The notes beneath the pieces are model-generated. The model did not search any database, was not told where the DNA came from, and saw nothing but the letters and a program-made list of their open reading frames with translations. From positions 12,248,948-12,312,947 of the forward strand of contig NC_092673.1 of NCBI RefSeq assembly GCF_964355755.1: 64,000 nucleotides of DNA. The letters are read 5' to 3'. Origin of the DNA: Antedon mediterranea. Its lineage: Eukaryota; Animalia; Echinodermata. Made by a program: the position numbers and the translations under genes. Shown here piece by piece: positions 11,118-23,100 of the stretch. Numbering within the stretch: the stretch's first letter is position 1; each line of letters starts with the position of its first letter.

Positions 11118-14100
11118 GTAAACAATTTTTAGAATAGATTTCCTTGAATAATTATATTAATATAGAGATTTTGTAATAAAATGATAGTAGATTAATGTTT
11201 TTTTTTTATTTTTAGAATCGTAATGTGACTTTAGTGTCTATGAAATCTCTTGAACAAGTGAAGTCAGCAATTCTTGTCAACAAAGTACCAGGCGAGAAAC
11301 CAACCCGTTTGGAAACTGACATTATGTCTGTTGTACTTCAAAAGCAGGAGAAATGGGACATTGATGGCTTGGTGTGTGAGGATGTTGACAGTGGTATAGC
11401 TTTTAGATTGCCTGATAATATTCATAGTGAAATTACGGTATCTGATGATAATTATGATGAAGTTATTGATATAAAGGTATTTTTGATATATCAGCTTATT
11501 ACTATTGAATTGAATTAATTTATTTGTAAGTAAAGGACCTATAGGACCTATACCACCAACAGAAAACAATACATTCCAACATTTGATCATTTACTTTATA
11601 AAATGCACAATTTCTTATATATTGTCCCCCTGAAAAAATTATTTTTTTAATGTTTTTGTTGCCAATATGTCATTTTATGTCACATAATAGTTTGACCAAA
11701 TATTGAATCGAAAACTAATTATTTACCTGAAAAAACTGTAATTAAAAACAAATAATAGTGAGCTTTTGCAACCTTACGAATACGATAACGTAAACGGATA
11801 CGTCACGCACACGTATTCGTTTTTCGTAAGCCAGTTAAAATCTGTTTCGCTTGGCAACGAAATATTGAGGGCGCCGTCCAAAATATTACTGCAGTAAATT
11901 TTAGCGAAGCGCAGGTACTGTACGTGTTGCTTGGTGCTTGGCTAACTAGGCCTAGCGTAACATCAAAGCGAGTGAAGATTTTAAAATCTGCTATTTATCA
12001 AAATTGACCTAGCATTTTAGTAAATTACTTTAGTAAATTACTTTCAATAAAAGTATAATTATATTATAATCATGAATCATTCCTGATTAAATTGCAAAAT
12101 GTGCACAATAGATCAAAAACTATACTCGTTTTGTAGTCACGATATTCGTCAACACAAAAACGCTTTACTAATATGAAATGGGAATCAGCTCAAAAGATTC
12201 ACAAATGTGTGACGTTTTCGTATTCGTAAGGTTGCGAAACCTCCCTATTAATCAAATTGACTGCAATTGTCAATGAGCTTTTGGTTGAAATTAACCCTTT
12301 ATTTTGTCCTTGAAAAAGGTTGTTTTTCCTAGGTAAGTGATTAATTTGATTGAAGCTGCAAATGGCCTATTTAAAGTATTTTTTTATTAATCTTTATTTT
12401 TCATGTTTTTGGGGACGATATATCTTTCATAATTGTTTTCCTATTTACCAAAGATGAACAACTTCAAATCAAATCCATTTATCTGGGATGAATCAAGTAC
12501 AAGTGTAACATCTCAAGTTACAAGTTTAGAACTCAATAAGCCTGATGGTAAGGCAATCATACTGGAAAATCTACCCGAAACTATTGACATGTTTATTGCT
12601 AACCCTCAACCTGTTCCTGTTGTATCCCTTCCAGGTAAGTGTTTTTATTTTGGCTACAAACTATTGACATGTTTATTGCTAACCCTCAACCTGTTCCTGT
12701 TGTATCCCTTCCAGGTAAGTGTTTTTATTTTGGCTACAGTAGGTTTTTTTTTATTTTCTTTTGGAAAATATAAATGAATAGACTAATAATTATATTTCCA
12801 AAGTTAAAATGTTTTTTTTATATATATAATTTTGTTTCAATTTTTAATTTCAGGTATTTATTTAGACAACACAACGGCATCACTTACCTATGGATTCAAC
12901 TTAACTAGCAACGAGGGGTCTCTAGTTTTATTAGTGAACCCGAACAACATCACATCCACAATGACACTTTACATGCGCTACCAATATCCTTCAAACGGTT
13001 CACAATATGATCTTGCAATGGATCTGCCTTTACATGTTAATAATGTTACAGTAAATTGGAATGCAACTACAAACCTGACAGGAAATATTTTTACATTGGT
13101 TATTAACACTGACAATTTACTTGGTATTGGTTCCTACTTTATTACTGTTGATAGCCAAAATGCTACTGATGACAACTACACAATATCTGCATTCATGGCA
13201 AACTGTTTGTATTGGAATACAGAAGTTGAGCAATGGAATACTGATGGTTGTCAGGTAAAACCGTATTTATATATAAATTTACGCAAGGTCAAAATTCCGT
13301 AAATCGTGCGTTACTTCTAGTATGTTTACTCGATGGTATATAAAGTACTCATTTTAACCACCTGATGTAACCCTGTTTACTAATTAAATTGAGTTAGATA
13401 ATTAGTTACCTGACATTTAAAACAAATTTATGTATACACTGTCTAATGGATGTCCATCTTGAAAAATGCCTGCACACAATAATACGAGGATGCTTCACAT
13501 TTACCTCCTATCTCCTTCTACAATAATTGTTTTTAATACCTGAAAACTGGTTGCTCGAGCTCGAGTACAGCATGATAATGTTTAAGACAGGCTGATTTTA
13601 AAAAAAAATACTATTTTGATATCTTTAATATACGTTTATACAAATGTATTGATTTGCGATGAATGGAACATTCAAATCTCTCAGTCTTCCAGTATAATTA
13701 TTTGGTTTAACACAAGTAGGTAAATGTATGGGCCCTTGGGGATAAACTTAAAACCTTTAGATATATTAGTAAAAAGGTTCATCTGAATCTCTGTATAGTA
13801 TTCAAATAATGTTGTCTTTTGGATGAACCAAAGGGAATAAAACCGTAAAAGGTTTTTACTCTAGCTTTCACTGGTTCAATGACACAGCTTAATCATGAAT
13901 GAGTCTATGTGACTTGGAATTGTTACCATGAAATCTTGTATTTGATACAGCGCCATCTATGGAACATTCAGGTTTACCCAAATAGGATTGTTGGGGCCTC
14001 CTCTTTAGTAAGTTGTTATATAGTTTTGGGAGTTCTAATCTGCCGTCGTCTCTGTTCATAGTACAGTATTACTATGTTTTCTTATTTTTATGGATTCTTT

Positions 14101-17100
14101 TATATTTCTATCTTTCCATGAAGATTCTGTGCCTAGTATTTTTGCATTCCAATTTGGTAAATGAGTGTGAGTGGTCATGTAATCAGTAATGGCTGAGTTA
14201 TGAACAATTTCTGAGGCTGAATTTCTGGCTGAACGTGTTAAAATACCTGTACAATGTGAAGTGACATCTGCTTTGTTTTCTTTTATCCTTGTTGATAAGG
14301 TTCTCGCTGTTTCCCCTATATAAACTTTTTCACAGTTGTTGTAATTTATTTGGTATATGACACTCATGATTTCATGGTAACAATTCCAAGTCACATAGAC
14401 TCACTCTTAAGCTGTGTCATTGAACCAGCCGAATGCTAGAGTAAAAATTTAAGTTTTACGGTTTTATTCCCTTTAGATATAGTATTGCAATACTTTGACA
14501 ATACTGTAAATACATATTAACCATTTTTTGTCGCCATTTGAATCGCAAATTTCTTACTTTGAGTGTGGGTAGTCTAGTAGTTTAAAATTTGCTTTTCAAA
14601 ATGTAATACTGTACATGTTCAGTTGCTGCAAAAATGGATAATTGGTATAATTGTGTGTTTTTTTTAGGTTGGAGTTTTAACCACAGAAAATGTTCTGCAT
14701 TGTCAATGCTCTCATCTAACCTTTTTTGGTGGTAGTTTTTTTGTACTACCCAATACAATACATTTTGTAGAGGATGCAAAACTATTCAAAGGATTTCTAG
14801 ACAACCCTGTTGTAATCAGTGCAGTGATTGTAGTATTTTGTTTGCAAGTTCTATGTTCCATCTGGGCCAGAAGAAAAGATAAAACAGACCAGCTTCAGGT
14901 ACTATATTTTGTAGATTTATGCTTGGTTACCATAAGAGGCCTACATGGTGGTACATTGTTTCAATGTACCTGAGGTTAAGTAGACCTGTAGGATCTAGGG
15001 CTGAGTTGTGTAGACTATAGCTTATATATACTGTAAATGGTGTTGACCATTTTCGTATGCACACACAACATGCATCCAATTATCTACAGTATACTTGATT
15101 TTTATTTTGTACTATTAGGCACATTTGATTGTTCTCCATGACAACGATCCACTTCATTGTCATCGTTACCACGTGACTATATTCACTGGAATGCGTAGTG
15201 GAGCAGGTACATCTGCCATTGTCACATTGACCCTGTCAGGCCTCCTAGGCAAGACTAAGCCACATGTGATGACTTCTAAAACCAGGAAAGTGTTGCAACA
15301 GGGATCATCTGATTCATTCCTCCTGACAACCAAAGAGTCTCTAGGGGATCTTTTGTCAGTTAGAGTATGGCATGACAACTCTGGTAGCCATCCAGAATGG
15401 TAAGTTTTTTTCAAATTTAGTCATTTCTGGATAAATATTTGGTTTTCTTCGTTGAGATGAGCTGTATGTCTAGGCTAATACTAATCTAGGCCAGGCCCAG
15501 CAACTATTCGGCTAAACTATAGCCAAGCTGGCCGACAAAGTTTGGTCAGAACAGCAACCATGTTGTTTTTAGTGAGCACCTTTGAGAGGTAATTGCTTAA
15601 AATCAACTGGAATTTTGTGGAGACATTTTTATATAGTGTTGGTTTGACAATCGAATAGAATGCGCTAACATAACTATCACAATTAACTTGATTTTAATAT
15701 TACGCATATAAATAACATTGTCTGCATGTGCTGTAGACTTAGATGTTACACTTTTCAAGTAAGTCCTTCTACCCTAAAGGTCATGTCATGTTCTTGATTT
15801 TTGCGGCCGACTTAACCGGTAGGAAACTTCAAACCCAAAACCCAGAAATTTAAAATAGATTCCGGAAATCACGCTCTTTAAAAATCTTCGGTCTATGCAA
15901 TCATATAAACAATTTATACTGTACTTGCTTGATAGTAATAGGTTGGTTAACAAGCTTAATAGTTTATATGACCTTTCTTTCTTTCTGTACAACAATACTA
16001 TAAATACTATATAGACGTTTAAGGGATCCGGGTGCGAAAAACAAATAACTGTAATAATAATATTTGACTTTGGGTGCATAATAAAACTTGTAGTCAAGTG
16101 TCTTCCAATTATCATTGATTTAAACTTGCTTTTAAACAACTTGTATTCATGACCTTTTACAAGACTATTAATTCTGAATTATCCCAAGTTAAAATATTGT
16201 ATTTATTTCAGGTACCTGAGTCGTATACTGATTCATGAAGTAGACAGTGAAAAGTGTTGGTACTTTCTCTGTAAGAGCTGGTTGGCAGTAGACATTGGAG
16301 ACTGTGTCATTGACCAAACTTTTTTAGCAGCTACCAAAGATGAACTCAACCTATTTCATAATCAATTCTTGATTAAATCAATGAAAGAATTTCGGGATGG
16401 ACATCTCTGGTTCTCTGTCATCACACGACCTGCAAGTTCCTCATTTACAAGACTGCAACGTATTGCCTGCTGTTTTTCAGTTCTTTTTACTTCAATGCTT
16501 ACTAGTATAATGTTTTATGGAGTTCCTGATGATCCAGATACACAAGATCTTGATTTTGGGAAGTTTCAAATTAGTTGGAGAGAAATCATAATTGGCATTG
16601 AGTGTAGCATTTTAGTGTTTCCAATCAATTTTTTTACCGTAACATTGTTTCGTAATGCAAGATGCAACAAAGACGAAGTAGTACTGCTAGAGATTGAAGG
16701 TCTTATTGATGATGATTCCGATATTCCATTATATTTTTTGGAGTCCAATGACAACTCTGAATATAGTGCTTTTTCTTCGTCTGACACAGCTGAGTCAAAC
16801 AGAAAGCAATCAATTTGCAAATGTAAATCAACAATGACACTTGAGAGAAAACCTGAAGCTGTGGGTATAGAATCTAACAAAAAACATGGCTGCTTGCCAT
16901 GGTGGATTATCTATTTTGCTTGGTTCATCTTGTTTTCATGTGAAGGTGTCTCGGCTTATGTTATTATGTTGTATGGTTTAAAATACGGAAAACAGCGATC
17001 CTTAGACTGGTTGATGTCCATCTTGATTGCATTCTTTCAAAACATCTTTGTTATCCAGCCAACTGAGATGATTTTTATAGCAGCACTACTCTCGTTGTTG

Positions 17101-20100
17101 TTTAAGATGAAAGAAAAAGAAGATGTTGGTGTGCAGTTATTTAAGAACTTCCATATAGGTAATGTATTTATATTATTGGTTCGTGATATTTTAAAATTAT
17201 ATATGGTATCTGTCTAATTGAATAACACTAAAACATTTTTATTCTACCAAGTTAAGTCACTATACAGTATATCCATATCACTAAAGATAAGTATTAAAAA
17301 ATCATTGCATTTGGGTGTGATCATCCAAAGTGCCTGCAGAATGAAAAAGTTGCAATCAGAACTTTTATATTCATTGATGTATTTTATTTATATCTATTAT
17401 ATAATTAATTCACTATGCAAAGTACTATAAGTTAAATTTGCCTATTGTCCGCTATCTAAAATACACATAGAAAAGCAATAAAATAAATATGACATTTTAT
17501 TACACCATAATAAAGATTATTTTTCGAACAATGGTTTAAAAAGGTATTTCCTCCATTTTTCAAATAATTGTTGTGTTCCATTTTTCAGTTAAGTCCGAAC
17601 ACCATCAAACAGTGGATTGTAAATACAACATGGACCACTACAGGCCCCCACCAATTCAAGCTGTTGAAATTGCGCGCAAGAAGCGTCAAGCAGACTTCAA
17701 GTTGCATTCAATTTTACGAGAATTCGTCGGACAACTGATTCTGGTATGGCTTGTTATGGAAATTGTCTACACACAGCAAGATCCAAATTCTTTCTATTTT
17801 AATAAAATTATTCAAGATACATTTACTGATACACTTGATGAGGTAAAGCCTTTTATTTTATGTTAAATTATCATTTTGTTAATACATATTGCCTACTGTA
17901 GGAACCTCGTTAATAATTGGGTATTGCCTATTGAGGTTTTTTTTCTTTGCAAGTTGTTATATATTTTTGGTAATTTCAAACCGCCATTTGATAATTGTGT
18001 TACCATGTTTCCTTATCTTAATTGAATCCTAAATTTTTCTGTCCTTCGATAATTTTTAGGTAGATGAGAGTGTGTTCGAATGAAAGTTAATGCTGGTAAA
18101 AAATATCAAATGTTTTTTTAAGCAAACTTACAGCACAAAATTCAGCATACCTTGAATTTTTGACACGTTTCATGTGTTTTCATCAGTAGTGTTTATGAGG
18201 ATTCTTCTATGACCTGATGACATATAGAAGGACGGTCATTCCAGTCCTTGGTCACAGTTCAGAGAAGGTTTCTTCTCTTCTTTTTGATGTAAATGGCCTC
18301 CCATACTATAAGTACTGTATGTATTGTCCCAATCAATATTGTGTCATGTAGTGGAAAATGTTCTGCACCCGCCGAAAATTTGTGTCTAGGGGGCTCTTTG
18401 TGTACTAAATTTTGGCAAAATCTATGACGTGAAAATGTAAAATTGTATTTTTTTTGTTTTTTGTTAGGCTCTTGGGATTGCATAGATAATAATAGCAACT
18501 ATGGAAAGTAAATTTTGCTATTCATATGGTTCTCAAACTTTGTTGAAATAACTAATAATAATAATGATTTGTTACAATGATTTACACTTGTGAGATTTTT
18601 GTAGTGTGAATTTGGTATAAATAGATTTTAGCAGTACCTTATTTTAATTATAGCATGGTAATGTATTACATCAAAATATATAGATTGAAATTCAATTGTT
18701 ATAATCATTTTCTCCTACAGCACATTTGTGACAAAGGCCTACCTAAGTGATTTATTTTATTTTTTTAAACCTATATAGGTTTCCAGTTTTGTTGATCTAT
18801 TTGAGTGGTTGAGGGAAACAGCTGGACCAGCCTGGTTTGATCAAACTTCAGAGTTTCTAAGCAATACAAGCTCGGTGCTTGTCGGCACAGTTCGACTAAG
18901 ACAGCTTAGAGTTTTACCAGGTACTACCCCTTTGCTCAGACTGTTTGTTTGCTCTTGGCAAGTTATTGAGAATCTAGAGCAAGATAAAATAATAGTGGAT
19001 AGCAATTTTCCGATCAGCCAGTTGATGAAGGCATCTGCCTTCATTCTTTGACTCAATCGCGTTTCATTTGCTTTTATTTTTATGTCATTACTCTATTTGC
19101 TTTTTATATTTAGGCTATTGCTCTCTATAGAGCGATAGCCTATTGTACGTACACGCGCTTTGAAAGTTAAAAATGCTCAAAATAAATTTTTAATTTCTAC
19201 ACGTTTCAGGACATTTTAAGCATTTCACATTTTTCACAAAATTCGCGTTCTGCACGCGCTTTTATGTACTTAGCTATCACGCAGCTTAGACAAACCATTT
19301 TTGCACTTGATTGTTGTTCTGTATACCTTTTGGGATAAGTTCCTTTCATTTTTGATGAATTATGAATGTAAAATAATGACACACGTGCACGTCAAACTTA
19401 AAAAATTGTGTGCTTGAAAATGGGCAATTATATGCAAATTTGTGTAAAAATATGCCAATTTTCGATCGATTAAAGCTGTCCGGGATGACCGTAAGTATGT
19501 TATGAAATCATCATATGGTCATCTGAATTTTAATTTTAAAAATTAGATTTTTATCTCTTTTGACACAGTTAGTCACATTCAATAGAGCGCATATCGCGTA
19601 AACGTTATCAATTTTCTTCCAATTTTCAATAATGTTATTACTCAAAACATTTTCCTTCAGACATATGAACTTTATTTTTAATTTGAAAAGGTCATCATAT
19701 TCAAACAATTAAGTAAACGTGACTAAAGGTAAAGGTAAAGGTATTCATATTTGTCCTCAAGCTTAACTGGAAACTGAGGAAATTCGGATTAGGCCCTCCA
19801 CGGACCCACGGCAGCCAGCAGTGCAGCGCCTACCAGATCAGCACACCGGGAGACGATCCCCTACTCTTTTCGAATAGTGTACCAAGTTCTTTAACGTGCA
19901 CTGTTAAGTACACGGGACCAACGGCTTTACATCCCATCCGAAGGACTAGGCAATGAGAGTAAAGCATCTTGCCTAAGGATGCTATTAGTATGGTACAGAT
20001 AACCTCGAAACCATGCCTATGATATGCTAGTCCGATATTACCATTACACCATCACTCTCCAGTATATACAGCACCCGCAGCGATTTCTAGACGGTCTCCC

Positions 20101-23100
20101 ATTCAGAACGCAACCGGGCCCAACGTTGCTTAGCTTCGGTGATCTGACGAGAACCGGTGTTTCAACGCAGGCCTGTAGGGGGGTTTTTATGGTTCGGGTG
20201 AACCCCCATTTACACGCGTAAGGTGCACACGGAGCATGAAAATTACGTATTTTCTCTAGAATTATGATTTTACAGCCTATCCTAGTGAGTTTAAAAAAGA
20301 TTAACATCATTTAAAATTAAAATGACGTCATACGAACACGTTGATTTCGACCATTTGTGCACGTTTTAGTTGAAAAGTTATAAAATATTGTCAAAATAAT
20401 GCCAATTTTGAATCTATTATAGCTCTTCAGGATCAAAGATGACCCCTAATTTTTTTAATTTATTATGTAAGACGATAAATTGAAGATATGAATTCATTCA
20501 GAATTTTTACCTCTCGGATGTTATGACGTCATCGTATGGCCACACGAATGTAAAATATAGGATTTTTGTCTCTTTCGTTATTGCTCATCACATTCAACAG
20601 AGCGCATCTCACTTATACGTATTCCATTTCCTCCGAGATTTTAATATTGTCTACGTCAATCAACTATCTTTCGCATGAGTTAAAAATATTTTAATTTTTA
20701 TGATGCCATCATGTCTAAAAATGTAAATAACGTGGGTCACTTATTTTCATTTTAACAGTAAATTTTGATCTGTTATAGCGGGTGCAGGTCAAGTCGGCCC
20801 CAAACCGTCTCGGCCAAAGTCAAGTCGGCCCCACGTCAAGTCGGCCCCAAGTCAACTCGGCCTCAAGTCAACTCGGCCTCACGTCAACTCGGCCAAAAAC
20901 TAATCGGTCAACTCGGCCACAATAAAGTATGGAACGCAAAAATTGCTTAATATTATTATGATTATTACTATCCACTCTTTAAAAAAAATTAAGAAATAAG
21001 AAAAATGTTCAATACAAAAAAATGATCTCATTGCTGATATGAATAGAAGTACCCGCGTTTTACAAAAACATGTGCAGGTACCACATTTTAGTAAATCGAA
21101 GACGTAGGCCTACGTTCCACCATGGAGCTATTAATAGCTCCATGGTTCCACCGTTTGGCCATAGAAAAATGATCGTACATATCGTTTTTGTCCATGATTT
21201 GCATTTAAAAAAAAGGGGAATCCCCCGGTCAGCGAAAACACGTAGCAGTTGTAGATATCGAAATAGCTGCCAAAGGTGCAGGGAGGTGCAGCTACGAATT
21301 GGTTTAAGATGTTGTCGCCTAATAAAATGCATACACTGAAGAAATCTACGCGTGATTCAACCATGGAGTTAACATTATTTAATACCTCAATGATTCAACC
21401 AAACAATCTTATTACACCTAATAAATGTCCTCGCATATCGGACATGTTTATTGAATTTTGACGCACAAACGAACATACGCGCCCACGTACGTGCATCATC
21501 ATTATTGGGCCTACAATGTGTTTCTATTTATTATCCAAATGTTCATATTGTAATCATTAATAATAGTATGAATTCTAGCTTATTAATCAATTGTTTGCTA
21601 TGCGCAATTTGAACAATTTGTGCAATTTGAAATTTTATTAAACGTAAATAAAGGAAAGTTGGTGAAATCCTTCTTATTTTTTTTGCTAAATGTATTATTG
21701 TCTAAATATTAATTTTCATTAAAAGTCAGAATTATTCATAGGTAAAAAAATATGAAGAAATATTATTTTATCAATCCCCTTCCTTTGCACCTTTTGCATT
21801 CCATACTTTAACGGGGCCGAGTTGATTATTTTTTGGCCGAGTTGACGTGAGGCCGAGTTGACTTGAGGCCGAGTTGACTTGAAGCCGAGTTGACTTGGGG
21901 CCGACTTGACTTGAGGCCGACTTGACTTTGGCCGAGACGGTTTAGGGCCGACTTGGATCGAAATCGTTATAGCTCGTCAGAATAAAAAGTGACACGCATG
22001 ATTAAAACTTATTTAATAGAGAAGTTGTTGAATTGTAGATATGAATTCATATACTGTACAAATATTGTCTATCTGATGTCATCATATGGCCAGTTCAATT
22101 CAAAAAGTCATATTTTCATCTCTTGCGTAAAAGTTCATTGCGTTTAAACAAGTGCGCATCTCACTTTCACGTGCCCAAAATCTTTAAATTTGTATTACCG
22201 GTAATGTAATTATTTAGATACAGTAATTATCTTCTAAAATAGTTATCTTTATATGTCACTTTGATTACGTCATCGTGTTAATAATTGGATTTAAAAGATG
22301 AGTCTCGTAATTTTGTCTGTGCTACACTGTATATAAATAACATATACAGTATATTCTGTGCATGTTGCGTTTGTGCGGATAACCCGAACTCGTAAAAGTG
22401 ACAAGTTCAAATCTAGTATTATGCTTGTAACACTCCGAAGTTCCGTGCACTCAACATAATTTATATGGCAAAATTTAATTTGTGATAATATTATTGATGA
22501 TATTAATTATAAACCGATGAGTTTATTATTGGTGAGGTATATCAAGTAAAAAATATCCGTGGGGAGGCCTACGGTACCCCCCTTTTATTATACTACTTAC
22601 AAAAATGTTCTATAGAACTCTACAGAATTAATGTCAATTAATGTTAATTATGTCATTCTATAGAAACAGATAATTTCTATAGAAATATTTATAGAATTTA
22701 TAGATTCTATATAGCTCTATAGAGTTCTATAGGAATTATTTTATAGAAAATCTTAGTAGAAAAAACGTTTATAGAATTTATGATTCTTATGGGTTTTTAT
22801 AGATTTATGATTCTATATATCTTTAGAGTTCTATAGAAATGCTTTAAAAATATTGCAGAAGAATTGATATAACTTATTCATAAATCATATATTGTTTGCC
22901 AACAACAATACTTTGACTTGACTGAGGTTTTTACCAAGGTGGGTAGGAGTTTTATGGGTACGGGTTGGTTTGGGTACGAGAAGACCAGCACCCATTCATG
23001 AGGCACGCATAGGCCTCCTGCTGATCCTAGATCAGTGTTTACAGTCATGTCATGCCAAAACTCGCTCTAAATAAATGTATTGACAATTAAAAAGATTTAA

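Larger units (their letters stand above)
19105..22300 (+). mobile_element. Probable HINE-like repeat hosting nested SINE and MITE (3' boundary approximate)
   Basis: Starts after a T-run with the hairpin TAGGCTATTGCTCT-CTAT-AGAGCGATAGCCTA and has recurring internal subrepeats (19480-19600, 20410-20620, 21970-22170). Confidence 0.45.

Noticed and set aside
18205-18260. CTGATGA as a hammerhead core
   Set aside because: No properly spaced stem II followed by GAAA.
20067-20180. Functional 5S rRNA gene
   Set aside because: Indels, no T-terminator, and fused to a SINE body.
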